Shown: in pieces, positions 1 to 14,220 of the stretch
Layout of the letters: every line of letters starts with the position of its first letter
How positions within the stretch are numbered: position 1 is the first letter of the stretch
Assembly (NCBI GenBank): GCA_036172245.1
Contig: JAYWIR010000064.1
Location: forward strand, 62,001 to 126,000
From: Raillietiella orientalis
Lineage: Eukaryota
Direction of reading: 5' to 3'
DNA: 64,000 nucleotides
Program-made: the position numbers and the translations under genes
The notes under the pieces: generated by a model
Database searches by the model: none
Seen by the model: only the letters and a program-made list of their open reading frames with translations
What the model was told of the DNA's origin: nothing

Positions 1-179
1 GAGAGGAGGCGGGGAAGAGACTCAGGTCACTTAGGAACAGTTGCTGCCGACAGAAATCGTCGTATCCGAGGAAGGAAGAGCTGCGCCTATCTTCGTGTCT
101 CTGCGGACTCCGTAGGAAGATTTGAATGCAAAAATGCACAAGTTTTTCGGTACGCAGATTGCTGTGCAATGGTAGTACG

Positions 180-203
180 AAAAAAAAAAAAAAAAAAAAA
201 AAA
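180..203 (+). repeat. poly(A) run (24 nt)
   Basis: Homopolymer seen directly. Confidence 0.9.
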
Positions 204-554
204 CGCGTGACGTGTGAGATGGATCATAAGACCCCGGACCAACGTTTTCCGGTTTGCAAAACAACACCCTGTGCTTCTTGTGCTCTCCCCATTCTCAGTC
301 GGTGTCGTTCACTGAGACACGAGAGCGCGTAAGCGAGATGTGAACACGGAAGGGTTTATTCGCATATTAGTGAGAGTCACTTGCAAACCGAGACGGAAGA
401 ATCCCAGACTGCCACTCTGCTCAGAGGCGAAAGGGACTTTGGAAGCACATTCCAAGCAGGCACATCAGGACCTCTAGGGGTGGAAGAAGGAACGGGTCGT
501 GATCATAGGGATCACAGAAGTGAACAGGTGTTCCTGAGAAAGGTTTCGGAAAAA

Positions 555-1317
555 CGGGTGAACTCCGTTAGGACAGTCAATTGATGTGTGCTCGACTGGG
601 AGGTGGTTCGAAACCACGAACGCCGAAATCCCGAAAAGGTCGTAAAAAATAAACATATTCTACATCGATCAATATACAAATGTGTGTGAACACAATTAGT
701 TACTCAAGTTTATTAACGTACACATTATCAACAGTAATATTAATTAAGATTCAGTCACACACATTTTATTTATAAAATAAATACGTTCTTGATTATTTTA
801 TTGATATACGTATGAAAGATTAGAAAAAGTACATGCTTATTATATGCATCGATATGTAGATTAATATATGGATTAACGTATATTACAAAAATTATAAAAA
901 AAAATCATGCATGTTTATTATATGTATTCATATATATATTGGTACACATATTTATAAATATGTACACATTTATATTTATATGTTTGCGGGTTTATTTATA
1001 TTTACACATATACATTTATGTTATCTATAGATACTGCAATAAGCACATGCATCTGTTTTTTATAATCTTCATAATACATATTAATTTATATATGCAACTA
1101 TATCTAAAAATATTTAAGAATCATATGTTTATTTACTATCATCTTTCTAATGTACATCAATGCAAATATTAATCCTTACATAACTTATGTATGTATGTTT
1201 ACTTTTTTATGACGGTTCGGGCCTCCGATCGGCACCGTGGTCGGCTAACAGGCTGGGCGCACCTCCGAGTGGCGGCGAGCCATCTCCAGTGGCCCGGTGG
1301 CGGTGGAGACTTCCCGG
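555..1317. mobile_element. MITE/foldback-like non-autonomous DNA element with diverged terminal inverted repeats and AT-rich core, inside the SLC16 intron
   Basis: 613-656 (accacgaacgccgaaatcccgaaaaggtcgtaaaaaataaacat) matches the reverse complement of 1195-1241 (accacggtgccga..cccgaaccgtcataaaaaagtaaacat); weaker matches extend to ~555 and ~1317 (actgggaggtg vs actcggaggtg). Core 657-1194 is very AT-rich. No TSD identified. Confidence 0.55.
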
Positions 1318-1513
1318 TGGCTCGTGAGGAGCCGACGGGTTCTGCGGACGCGAGCCGGACGCAATGACGTGAGGCCGGACGCACAACCCGGAAGGACTCA
1401 GCTCCAGCAGCTGGAACCGAACGAGCGCGCATCGGATGAACGCAAGCGACGTAAGGACGGACGACATCCGTGGACTGCATTCCGTGAAATATCCATTGGG
1501 AAAGGTGGCCCAC

Positions 1514-1688
1514 CCGTCTTGGTCGCGACATTCTCTGTGTCTTCGATACTCAAATCCTCTTTCAGCTTGACGTAAAGAACACCATAAGAGTTCATTATTC
1601 CTATTAGAATTCCATTTATAAGGAAGGAACTCACGCAAACCAAGTAGGCTCTAGGACCCGTGTCAGGCGGGATGTGCTGATCAGGATC
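1514..1688 (-). CDS. Internal coding exon of a monocarboxylate transporter (SLC16/MFS, MCT10-like), covering TM1; gene probably continues beyond the window start
   Basis: Translates DPDQHIPPDTGPRAYLVCVSSFLINGILIGIMNSYGVLYVKLKEDLSIEDTENVATKT, matching the SLC16 N-terminal PPDGGxxAW / NG / NSYG motif; acceptor atttcag (AG 1690-1689) and donor GTGGG (1513-1512). A possible upstream exon ending near 1813 (gtatgt donor) is unconfirmed. Confidence 0.72.
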
Positions 1689-4600
1689 CTGAAATATTTT
1701 AGGATTCACTTAGTCATATTCAGCGGTCAGGACGAAGGGACTTCCGTTTTTAACTACTCCGAAACTTCAAATAAAGAAAAAAGATCCGACGTCCATGCAG
1801 CCAAAGACATACATTCCTGCATCTCGTCTTTTTGTCACGAATCTCTTTGTCTTTAGGAAATTCAAGAGATGCAGCAAGGTGCTGCAGGATGCATTCATCA
1901 GCAAGAAGACTGCGGCACGTGGTCTTGTTAATTCATGGGGAAAAGGGATGGAGAGTCAAAGGATAAAAATTGAAAGGGATGTGATGCCAAGATTCTGACA
2001 CTTGGAGGTAGTAACCTCCGTAGTTTGGAGAGCTGTTTCTTCCGATTTATTCACGAGAAACACAAACCTAACTGTCTTCAGAGCATTTTTGTAGGAGAAT
2101 CATTCCTGGCACTTCCGCAGCAGTTTTCACCTCGCCAGACACGCTACACATACATACGAAGAACAGGTTGCTAAGCAGCAAAACAAGAGCGTCTTCATTG
2201 GAGCGCACACGCAACACGAAAAATCACCCCAAGTGCCGTGTAGCCGTTGTTGTGGGAGAGGGAACTCAGCATGAGAGATTGGGGTCTCGCCTCGCCCCAA
2301 ATGAAGCGGAGCAAACCCTTTCAACGAGCCCCCTTCCGGAGATCATCCGAAATACACTCCAGCCTTTCCTCATCATCCGTCGCGCTTCTGCACACACCGA
2401 GTGCTCAAGGTGCTGGGTGGAGTTGTCATCCTTCCGTTCCTCCATCCCATTCGTGTCTGCGAGATGGCGAGATGGGTCGAGCAAGCAAGGAACAGAGTGG
2501 ACTGTAGCATGCAGGGAGAAGGGAAGAGCGCAGCTTCCCATGCAATCCAGACAAGTTGCTCGAGACCGAAACACGAGTCGAAAGAGAAAAAGAAGAGGAG
2601 CAAGCATCCAGCAGCTTGAGGATGCACCCTCACGTCCCGGAACATGCATCCCTTCCATCCATCCGCTAAAACAGAGTGATGGTGGAAAGAAGATGAACGC
2701 AACGTTCGTCCTTCCTTATTTACAGAATTATCTCGTCTGTTTCTGATCTGCATGCCGGACTCATTTTCTTCATGCCTCCGGCGAGACACGGGGCTGGTGA
2801 GAAATCGTTTTTGAGCCACAGGGCAAGGGGGAATTAGAACCACGATCCCCTCTCCGCCTCAAAACGGGAGACTGTAAAAGAAGGGGGTGCGTTTATCTTC
2901 TAGCAGTCCTTCTTTTCTTTACTTTTTCTTTTCCTCTTCGTTGCCCTAAGAGACGGACGAGAAGTATCGACCCGAGACGTATCAAGAAACGCAGGAAAGG
3001 GTCCTCACGGAAAGCCTTCGAGGGCTTGTGGATGTAAAGGGAAAGCGCAAAAGAAGTCCCTCAAAGCATCAACTTGGAATAAAACGAGCTGGAGAATAGA
3101 AAAAGTCACCAAAGAGGGGAGAAGACAGGTGAAGGATGATTTTCTCCAGCTTGCATTCAGATTGGTGCATGAGACCGCAAGAAAGTCCATCTTTTCAGAA
3201 AAGGAGCACGTCGTTTTTCCTTTGATGTCTGAAGGGAGATTTTCGCTTTGGGTTACAGGAAGGAAAATTCCAGTAGTGTTTCTTTTTTTTTTTTTTCCAG
3301 GGTGCAAGGGATTTTTCGTTTAGCATGCACGGATCCAGTCGTTCTTACCAGGAAGCGAACAGTGGAGGAATGCCAATCAACAGCTTCCGTTTCCTCTTCA
3401 TATGCTTGCCTGATGGTGTGGTGTGCTTCAAGAAGAATACAAGCAACAGCCGTACCAAGTACGGCAAGCCGTACCAAGTGCAAACACTCATCATATCCGT
3501 GAGATGGTGGTTGAATACCAAAGAATGAGACCTTTTCAGACTGCATCGCGTCAAGCGTCTTCCGAAAATGCACCGAAGATGGCGCAGACCCATGAACACG
3601 ATGCAGATTCTGGTTGTATCCTCACCTCAGTTGCAACGCGCACCCAGCATGCGCCTCTGGGAATGGAGTTGGTGCCTGGTGCAGGTGATATAAAAATGTA
3701 TGGTGTGGCCGGAGGCGCAAAACTTATGGGCTCGCCTGTTCTGGAGCTCGGTGTGCTGATCCCTCAAGTCAGAAACGGTTCCTACGTCCGCACCTGCTGC
3801 TCCAAAAGTGATTTGACGCGAATCTTCCTGTCAGAAGATCCGCGTCAAATGCCGCGACTTTTTTGTACTTGCATCGGCACGTCTTCGCTGTGCAATCGAT
3901 CGAAAGAATGTTGCAAACATGGGGTCAAGAAGGAGGTGCTTCTTTGACGGAGCTCTACTTCAAGGACAGCGCACGCAGAGATTGAAACCAGACATGGTCC
4001 AGTCCGTACCGGTTGAGAAACGCTCAAGAAGTGGGTTTCTACGTCCACGGCTGCCTTCCGGAAGCTCCGAAGCGCATGCATTTTCACTGTCCTCACGAGA
4101 TTCGGAAAACCACCTACCTCTGCAGTTTCAGTCATTTCATTGGTGTTCGACATTTCCATCACCGGTGGCGAGAACTGCTGGCTTTTCTTCATCAGCGGGG
4201 AGGCCATGAAACGCAATTCGGAGCCAGAGCTTGCACTCAATCTGTCAAGAATGCACATATGCTGCAGAAGCAAGAGAAGACAATTCCTTTCTAGAATTTA
4301 AATGATCGGTACGATCTGTGTCTACCTATCTCAAGAGGATTCACTGTGTTTACCTTTCTGAAGAGGACTCACTGTGCTCTGTTTGGCAAAGACGATAGCG
4401 GAGACAGAGAAGCCACTTGTTAACATTTCACCGTAGACGATAGCGGCTCCTACCTCAAGGCTACCCTATAATGGACTCTGTGAAGCCCGAGCGGTGTTCC
4501 CATAGTCTGCGAAGATCAGAGGTCATCAAGTTGGGATGTGCTTCCAGTACGAGGACGAAGACCGACGGACATTTGGTCCGAATTCTCGGGAGGTCTGGAC

Positions 4601-7600
4601 GTTTCTCTTCTTGCATATGCATCATGGAGACTTTCGTGCCCCGGAGCGAGATGACTCAGGGAATCCTGGACTAAAAGAAGTGAGTACCCCACAGGAACAC
4701 ATATACGGAGTTGGCTTTGAGTGTTTCCCACGATTTAGAGTATTCCCATGAGCTGGAACCCCAGTTTCCCCGAAGAGAAGGGCTGTATTTTTTTTTATAT
4801 TGACTTGGCAAGGATCACGAAAACGCGCGCATCACGAGCAGCAAGAGCAGCAGAAGACGAACGGTTCCTCTTCTGTGTCTTCCCAGGCTGAGACTTCGAC
4901 GATCGTTCGGCAAAGCCAGCCAAGAAGCCAACAACCAGGCAGTTGGCCGGACTTCGGCTCTTCCGGCAAATCGAAAACCGGGAGACGACTGAGGTTCCTC
5001 CTCTTGCGTCTCTTGTGAAAACATTTCGTACGCTCGCCTGAATCCACGTGCTCCTAATATGAACGAACAGTGGGCGCGTGACCTTTGTGCGACCCGAAAA
5101 GAACCCCTGCTTTCCGATAACGCCAGAATTGTACGCTGCTTCGTCGTCGTTTGCCTTATTCGTCTGCTTTAAGGTTGCCTTATTCGCCTGCTGTTCGCCG
5201 GCCCAGATGGCCTGCAGGTTCTGATCGAACTGCCCAGTTGCCTCTCAAGCCTCCACAAGGGAAAAGTGGTTGCTCTTAGGTCTTGCTATGAAGATGTAGC
5301 AGTTCTGGGTGATCGTGACGTGGAACATGGCAGCGAGGTCTGAATAGATGGGTGAGTTTTGCGGCTGAACTCAAGCAGCGAGTTTGCATGACTGTTTGAC
5401 TGTTTTGCCTGATCTAAAGACATCCTCCTTCGGAAGAAAAGAACAGCAAAGGAGCAACCAAGATGCAAACACGTTCTCAAAGAGTTCTTTCCGACAATCC
5501 AACTGTGTAATTGGCTGTTGAACGGAAGTCGATAAGTAGGGTTTGTTGATGGCCTCAGTAGAGAGACTGCAGACTATGGCTGGCATCTCGACACCCTTTG
5601 GTGGAGAATATTAGATTTGATCGCCAATCAAGTTTGGGATGAAGCAGATGTGATTCCTCGTTACCATGTCGTCGTTAGGCTAATTGCTCATCCTTGTTTC
5701 ACGTGTATATTTCTTCGGTATGCACCACAGTTCCCAGAATGGAACAGCAAAAAGCAACGAAAACCTATTTGAAAAAAAAAAAAAATGCATGCTGGTTGGC
5801 ATAAATCATCCAGCATGTGGGTTTGATGGATATAGGTGTTTGAAGTGCTTGTCCCACTGAACGTTTAATCTCTTGTGACTTCCTTTTTTACAAGGATGTG
5901 TTCTGCATCGAGAACTTTCACGTGTTGCCCCTCCCAACAAACATTAGGAGATCCCGACTTTTGCTCGGGTTGTTCGCTCGTACCGCCTGGACCTCCACGG
6001 TTCCTTGTTTTCATCGGCTTCTTCTTTGGCTATAAACCTTCAAAAAGGACCTTGATAACCAAATCCGAGGATTTCATGATGACGTCATCCAAAAGCTTGA
6101 TCGACTCCAAAAAGCAGATGTGCAGTAGTAGCCGGTGATGACTGAAATCAGTGGCAATTTCAGAATAAGCAGTGGAAATAACCTAAAAAACAGACCAAAC
6201 CATAGAACCAAAAGGAGCAACTTCTTTCGCTCACGGAAATCTTCTACAAAGTACAAAAAGTAAAAATATGGGATAGGTATGACGTGATCATAGTTAGTGT
6301 ACAAGGAGAATGAATCATTATTTTTCGTCGGAGAAATCTTTAATGTTCCAATTGTTTCACCGATTCCTTGATTCCTTGACGTCCAGCAGGTCAAGGCCAG
6401 AAGCGGAGTCAGGGCTGCTTCATTCATTCAGAAAGGGCTTCACCCAAACATGATGTGTGTGCCTTTATCTTAGTTGCTGATTAGAAATTCTCACACCGGC
6501 ATGCTTTGCACCTCTCCACCTTTGAGTTTCTGTCCAAAGTTCAGCTTTTCTTCATTTTTTCCACATTTACCAGTGAAAATTTCTGCTTTCTTCCAAGAAG
6601 AGTATTGCGTTCCCACATGGTCTTTCTACATGGTCAGTGTATAAGAAAGTCTGTCTCTAGCGTAACCGAAACTATTTAAAAGCGCACTAACCTTTGAATG
6701 TCTTTCCGGTTGACCACGATGTTCGGGGAATCGTCTCGTGGAAGCCTGGAAGATTTTTGGACAGTTCCCCATGCAGCCGTGGGGATCACTGAACAGCATC
6801 CACAGAAACAAGACAAAAGGGTTTTTGCTGATATAAAGATAGCAAAAACAGGAAACTCATTGTACCGCTGGAAAGGGGGGGGGGGGGGAAAGGGAGGGAA
6901 GAAGATGGTACGTCCAATTCGTAGTTTATTCGGAAGAATTAGTGAATGTAATACGATGCAGATTTGCACCATTGGTTCTCGAAGCTCGATTTACAAAGGA
7001 GCGAGGCTCTGGAACACGACTGTTTCGTTGGTTTCAGGATATAGGATAAAGTTGAAGAAACGGATGCTCAGCAACACTGAGAGGCTGAGAAGAACACGAC
7101 TTCCAGAGCAACTCTAGTCGTGTATTGCAGGTGGTCGTCCTTCCAGTTTCAATTTGCATATTGATTTCAGTCGGCTGGCATCTTCGGGTTTCGGATGATC
7201 CATCACACGAAGAGGGATTCTCCCAGATACTTCTACATAAAACCAACGGAAGAGTCAGTTCTTCCATTCAAGGCATTGCCCACAAGGTTGATGCTGTTCG
7301 TTCTTGTTCTGTGTGAATCAATTTTTCTACTTGTCGCTTGCAGGTGCCCAACCTATCTGAACTTCACGTACAAGGCAAACTACCCCTATAACCTTGTAGG
7401 CTAAACACATTGTGTTCTACATGGCGCCTATAAGATTGTTCGTGAGTTGAGACTGTCAACTAATGATGATTACATCATTCATCTCATGAGGAGAATTGCT
7501 TCGACCGACGAACGGGATTTTCGTACACAACACTCGAACGTAAGTGGGTTTGCGCACAACACTCATTGTGATGCCCAAAGATGGAAAAAAACTCTACGAA

Positions 7601-9114
7601 AACTTCCCACGGTTCTTGACGATGCGTAGATATATATCCGTACTTTTTTTTTTTTTTTTTTCAATCATTCTCTGGTTGCATTTATTTAAAGTGAAAGAAA
7701 GAAGGTCCCTGTGGTCTCTCCTGATCTTCGAGGATGGAAAGCACATTTTGCTCCTCTTTTCTAGCCTCTCTTAAGTGTTTGCTCAAACAACTGAAAACTG
7801 CGTATTCCCGTTCTTTCCAAAGATAATCACGTTGGTAGTGAACATGATTTCAGATTCCAGATTTGCTAAAATCTTCGGTCATCACGTGAATGAGCACGCG
7901 CTTGTGTGCCCCAAACGAGTGCTTAAGAAGGAATGTCGAGAGTACTTGTTCTTTCACGTCGAATATTCGAGAATCAACGTGCCATCCTACTGACTTCTCT
8001 GATTTCACCTTTTTGCTTTGACTATTCCTTACGGTATGAATCGTTCGTGTATGACGAACCACATTTGCATATCGGGAAAACTGATCACGAGCTCTCATAT
8101 ACTTCCGTCAAGCACGTTTTCCACGTGCACTTGGAAGCTGCTACTACCAAATGAGAGAGTTCTCTAACATATTGGTACATGTCCCCCCTCCCTCCCCATC
8201 CTACCCTACAGTTTCTCTCAATTCGACCACGATTTTCTAGTTAAGTGCCCCCTTTTCCCCGGTGTCAGGCTATCGAAATGTTTTGCTACATCGTCCACAG
8301 TTTGAAGAAAGACTCACATTCAAGAACCGTGGAAATTTGGCTGTTATTTATTCATTCAGTACGATTGCGATTCGATTTCTTCCGATGAAACAGATCACAT
8401 TGAGAAAAACTAGAGGGCTGCGTTTCGAAAGTAATGAAAGATATGCATTTGCAGACATGTTTACTTTGTAATGATAGTTCTTTCGACAGTTCCCGGCGAA
8501 TACATGTGGGAAAATGGTGTAGGAGCTGCCTTGACGGACTCGAAGGAAACTTCTGAAGCTACAGCAGGATTGAGCGGTCCTGTAGGCAATTGAATACGCA
8601 AATATAAAGTTGCCCACAAAACTGCACAGCCGTCGAAGCTCTTTCCCAGGACCATTTCTCCTCAATCAAAGGACTCCGCGTCAGCTGGGCCTCTTGACAC
8701 TTCTTGAAGGAGCACCATCTCGGTGTACGTTCACTTGCAGGTGTTCGTCATTTTACTGGAAGAAAATGGGCATCACAATTTTTCTCCTTCGTCTAAGCGT
8801 GTGAACGATGCCAATGGTGAATCGATCATTACTATTGGTCTGGGATGATGGGAATGCTTCTTTTCTGTCTTCGCAGTTCTTCGACACGGTTCCACGCCAC
8901 CCGAGGGTGGGTAATTCTTCAAGATAGGGTGTACCCCGAGAGGGGTCCTCTCTGAATCCAGGAAGGACTCGGAGTCCGTTCCTCTCACGCCTGGGGAGGG
9001 ATCCCCGGAAATGGAGATCACCTCCATCCTGGTTTTCTCCGAAGGGGAATACAGGAGAGAATCTCCTTCTTTATTCTCTCCGGAGGACCCCTTGGGGGGT
9101 CTGCTCCATTATTT

Positions 9115-9235
9115 CTTCTCTGAAGAGAACCCAGAAAGGATCCGCTCCTGAAATTCTTCTTCGGTGGGATCCCCGCAAGGGATCCGCTCCTCTTTTTACT
9201 CCTCTGAAGAGAACCCAGAAGGGACGCTTCCGAAA
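9115..9235. repeat. Imperfect direct repeat / minisatellite-like unit (~83 bp spacing)
   Basis: ctctgaagagaacccagaa at ~9118 and ~9201; ggatccgctcct occurs twice. Confidence 0.6.
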
Positions 9236-9426
9236 TTCAGAAGGACGCAGCTTCCCCGAAAGGAGAGGTTCGCTTCTCTGCACTCTCTGGAGAGGTGATG
9301 GCGACACACCTGCTCCATCAGTACGACGCAGAGGGTCCCCCCGGAATAGGAGTTGGCTCCATCGCAACCAGAGGGGTAATTCCCCATTCCGTGATTCCTG
9401 GAAGGACCCAGAGGTCGACTCCCATT

Positions 9427-9622
9427 TGTCCCGGCCCTCCTCAGGGGCATCCGGTTTTAACCGCTACCAGTGTTGCACCCGGATGAATGTAGGCCAACCA
9501 TCGTCACCTTGTGGGGTGAACTCGGAACCCACGGCGCCCTGCGTCGATTCCTTCGAAGTATTCGAACCCACGACGCATGGTGCCACCCGCGGATACCACC
9601 GTAACCACACGGCCTCCGACGC
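9427..9622 (-). mobile_element. tRNA-derived SINE, copy 1
   Basis: Minus strand begins GCGTCGGAGGCCGTGTGG (A-box-like), has GGGTTCGAATAC (B-box-like); the ~200 bp body aligns with 14628-14834 (+). Confidence 0.65.
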
Positions 9623-11449
9623 TGGCATTCAGCATTGATTGTGGAAGTGGATGAAGAACCGAAAACACCTCGATTATTTTCAGGAATGAAGCTCTTCGAG
9701 CACGAAGACAGCGACATTAAATATCTTTTTCAGCCGTTGCGGATAGTGTTGCTGACAAGTTGTTATATCACAGCCCAAAGTGGTCTTTCAGAAGCTTCCC
9801 CAGTGCAAGAAATGAGAACAGCATAAATCATCCGTGGTGATGACAAGCCAATAAGAGCACTTTTGGGTCGAATATGGGAATCAGGTTCGAAAGGCAAAGA
9901 AGGTGTGACTAGCAATGATGGAACATGCGCAGAAATTCGCCACAAGTGATCTTGATTTAAGATAATTCTGTGGAGTGACCTTGATAAGCATTCCATAAAT
10001 AAACAGGGTTCAGATATGAAAATCCCATTCACTAATGTCTTTCCCAACAAACTGATCAGAGGAAAATGTTAGTTTGATGAGACTACAAATGCTGCCGCTA
10101 ACACGTGAGATTGTTTTGATTGTGACTCAGTCACTTAAATAGCGCAAGTTTCGCAACAGCCTCTGAGAGAACTCGGAGGAACTTCGAGTTCATTAGAACA
10201 AGAGGAAAGGATTCGCTTCCAAGCGTATTCATCTTAATACTGGCAATCCGAAAAATTCGCCTCCGTGTAAGCAATGTTGAATCTTGAAATCCTCAGAGAA
10301 TGCGCACTAAAATCTTCATCGGGACAATTTTCCACTCGAATTTCCCATTCCTGAGATCAGCTCGATCAGTTTGTCATTATCATGCGCTTATCAAACCCTT
10401 CAGTATCTAGATAAGTGAAGCCTCGACGAGCCGGGGCATTTGTTGATTCACATGCAACAGCCTGATAATTGTCAAGTCGACCCCGCAGCAGCAGCAGTGC
10501 AATTCACAGTTGCCTTCTCTCCTGCAACGTTTTCAGGTACTCTTCTTCATTCCTAAGTGGCCTCAAGCATTGCTCTGCCCATAACCCGCCAAGAGAGCTT
10601 AATGATCAAATAAGCATCACATGGATTAATAATCCGAAAAGTACCAGTGGTCTGCTGTTCCGTTTCGAGACTCCTCGTGAAATTCCTTATCTTTCCAAGG
10701 ATGCTGCATGAGGAACTGAAATCCGATTCCTACTCCATTGCTACTCATTCTTGTGTTTCACAAAGGTGCACTCCCTCTATACCCACGAGACCACTACCGA
10801 AGGCTCTGATATCTTGCTCTGGTATCAAAAAATCGTCTAGAATACTCGAATATACGCTTGCTTTTTCTGCTTGCTCTTCTGAGGCAGATGTTTTTAACTC
10901 TGGAGTCCCTTCGGTCGAAATCCTAATGCGCACATCCCAAGGAAGTAGTCAGCTTCACGATGTTCACCTTGCCGCATTCAAAGTTCAGCAGCAATCAAGA
11001 TAGACTGATCTCTCTAAAGAACCACTCATCCTGCTTTGCGACACATGAGGCACTTAGGAGTCGGTTCTGGAACCATTCACGTTCTTCCCTCTTCCCAAGC
11101 ATGATCGTTGAGAAGTGACGACAGGAGTTGAAATCAATCAGGCGGTTCCACGGCAACTGCAAGAGCTGGAAACACAGGAGACGGAATTATCAGATCGACT
11201 TACGCATTAGCTGTGAGAGTGCAGCAGTTTGTTCCTTTCGAGTGTCTTTGGCCGCCTTTGTTCCTCTTTTTAGGGGAAACCCGCGTCTACAGCGTTTTCC
11301 CCTCTTTTGTTATCCTTGTTCGAACAGCCTGGAGACAAGAATTCAAACCGGCGGTTGCTAGCAAACTGAAAGCTCTATCATGTCCCGACTTGTCTCAACG
11401 GGAATGTGATCGTGTAGTTCCCCTTGTTTTACGATTCAAATGTGGGCTG

Positions 11450-13000
11450 AGATCTCAAAGAATTTTTCCAGAAGTGTGTGTACTTAATCCATAATGTGCG
11501 CGTAAGATGTACATGTTCTCCAAAGACGTGCACTGATAATCCCCCTCAAGAGGTATATTCGTGTACGCCAAGAGTGGAGAGAACCACAAACCCAATAGCT
11601 GGACATTCAAACAACGTGATAAAAGGGTAATGCCGGTGGCAGCTCGTTCCACTCTTTCCCAAGCTCTCAATTCACTTATGTATACGCTTCTCTGTTTTCA
11701 TCACAGTCAGCTGTGCTTCGGTTTATAACTGCAACTGTGTCGATACTCTGCGGACATTTGGACACACTGCGACGTTTCAACACGTTAGGCTTTGCTTGTG
11801 CACGAAAGCAGTGCAGCCATTTGCTTTGTTTCAGATTTTCTTATCTCATGTGAGATTTCCTTTAAGGATTTAGAAGTATGTTTGCAATGATAGTGGTTGT
11901 CTGAGAAGTGCTTCGTTAATTCTTGTATATTGCTTTCCAAGTTATCTGGAAGAGTTGCATCTGCAACATTGCATTCGGTCTCACTTCTCATAGCGTTGTC
12001 CCAGGAGATGGTACAAAGCCCTTTTCGTATCCTTACTTCAGTGCTATATGTCTTCCTTTTGAGTCTGAATGTCGCGTTCTCAGTTTTCTCACTTGTCTCA
12101 TTATCGCTCTTCAAGTTGCCAGTGTTCAGGCGAATGTGGGATTTTCTTGCATTTCGTCTCACAGGGGCATCTGCATGACTTATCTTTTCGAAACTTGCAC
12201 TCCATCTGACTGATGGAGTACCAGAAAATCAGTTGAAGCTGCAGAACTTCTGAATTGCACGAAGCATAAGGCGACAAGAGTTTCCTAAGACACCTAGGAG
12301 ACGCTTGTAAAATACATGTAAATTTCGGCATATTTCTTTCTGGCTGGGAAGGGTAAGTGAAGGAAATGTCTCGTTTTATTTCTTACCTCTTAAGCGGATG
12401 GAGTAAAAATTTTTTGGATATTGGTCTTCTGAATATGGATTGAATAACGAGAAGAATTGTCTCGCAAGCCAATTGTAAAGAAGAGAATTGCAGTTTACTG
12501 CAATTTTCCCCCTCTGAATCTTGTTCTAGGGAACCTGTTCTTTCACGGTCATAAACTAGTGTACTATAATAATCCAAGAGAACTACTGGTTTGAGAGTAA
12601 TATTCTATTTCAAATGGTTTCATCTGTTTTTACAAAGTTCTTTTCAGAAGCTTTTCTCAATAAAACATATAAATCGGTCTGTGTTCATGGGCACGAGAGA
12701 TACCTTGAGATGAAGCCATTCATAAACTTCAGGACGAAGCATGACATGCTCCCTATTCTGTCTCTTTGGGTACCGTCTTTTTCGTGGGAAATCATTGCCT
12801 CCAAGTTCTTCCAAGACTGAAGAAGGTGTTTTCTTGAAGCTTTTCGCCTTTTCATGTACAGAACTCTATCGAAGTATACGATACGCAAGAAGAATTTGCA
12901 ACTATTTGTCTCCCAGCTGATGTCCCGAAGGAACTTCAAGAATTTTCTTAGAGCATGTAATGTGTGACCTGACATACCACTGATGAAATTTACTCCGTAT
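11450..13000 (-). mobile_element. Degenerate Ty3/Gypsy LTR-retrotransposon pol remnant (RT thumb - RNase H - integrase)
   Basis: Minus-strand fragments in Gypsy order: HALRKFLKFLR..NSCKF (RT C-term, 12685-12975), LACETIL..FRRP..HPL and ASPRCLRKLL (RNase H-like), ERVERA..LLAYTNIPLEG (integrase C-term, 11455-11670). Many stops and frameshifts; no LTRs seen. Confidence 0.55.
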
Positions 13001-13199
13001 CTGTTGAGTGTGGTTGCTTCTTTAAATCATGTTCCGAAACAGAACCCGTACGGTCATAGTGCTGCTGCTAGGTATTGAAACTTTTATGATTCGCTTTTTT
13101 CTATATTAGGAGATATACTTTAATATTCGTTGCAAGTTGGGAACTGTCCAAAGATGTATGATAAGAGGTGGTGATTCATCGTGACAGTGTCCAAAGTTC

Positions 13200-14220
13200 A
13201 TTGTATGGGTCTGGAAAACTCCCAGCTCAAGACAATATTATAACGAGCAACAAGAAGATGGTTAAAAGTCTTAAGATTTGCCCTTGCCAGCCTTTCAGGC
13301 ATTCTCATATGGGGAATATGCGAAGTGTCCATCATTAGGTTGGGAAGTTCGAATGTTTGTTTGTTACTGACAACCGAACTCAAAAAGGATTTTCGCGGCA
13401 CATCTAGCAAATGCGTTTGAGTGAACTGCTGGATGAGGCCCTGCGGGAGAGTAAAGGGATAAATCTTGGAAGAGGAAATAAAAGATCTGTACCAGCATCC
13501 GTCTGTCTGCCTTTGTGCCGGCAAACTCTCAAGCTACACGCAACATGCAGATTCGCAAACGTAAAGCAGAGACGCCCACACAGCTCCCTGCTTTCAATCT
13601 TCAAATGAATGAATCCTCCAAGGGCTAGTAGAAGCCTTTAAAGATTACTCTGTACCAGCCTACGCTGATGATTTGATACTCATTGCGGAGACAGAAAATG
13701 GGTTTCTTGGACAAGATATGCACGAAAGCTCTCCGCTAGTCCTCATTTCGTTTCAGAGCAACGACACCAAGAAGGTCCGGAAAAGGATCCTCCAAACTAA
13801 GACATTCCAACCCTTGAGTATGGAGATGCATACAGATATCTAGGGAAACTATTTGGTCTCGTTTTGTTTCCATCGGAGTCCTCCATACTCTTGACCAAAG
13901 CGGTGACTATAGTGAATATCACCTTGTCCACATGACAAAAAATGAATTCTATAACCACCTTCTTTCCTATCCTGGTGCACTATCGACAATTTGGAACGTT
14001 CAGGAAAGCAGAACGGATGCTCCCAAACAACATAAGACCGTCCTTGAAGAAGTGCCTGCATCCACCAATAACAGTTTTCATCACTCAAAGGGATGTGTCG
14101 GCCTTCTGAGTCTACCCGACGAGGCCAATGATATCTCCACAAACAGTTTCAAATTCTGTCTCATTTTTTCATTGCAGAAGGGCAGGAATTATCCTGGAAA
14201 ACATTACGGATGCCGGTAAA
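13200..14220 (+). mobile_element. Degenerate non-LTR retrotransposon RT, R2/NeSL/Utopia-like
   Basis: Motifs in order: HLANAF (~DLxNAF), NVKQRRPHSSL/FNL (~GVKQGCPLSPLLFNL), AYADDLILIAET (YADD at 13661-13672), PTLEYGDAYRYLG, SKGCVGL (~GGLG). Frameshifted. Confidence 0.7.

Noticed and set aside
2100..8800. Possible coding exons among many short ORFs and acceptor-like ttgcag sites
   Set aside because: No recognisable protein motif or consistent exon chain.
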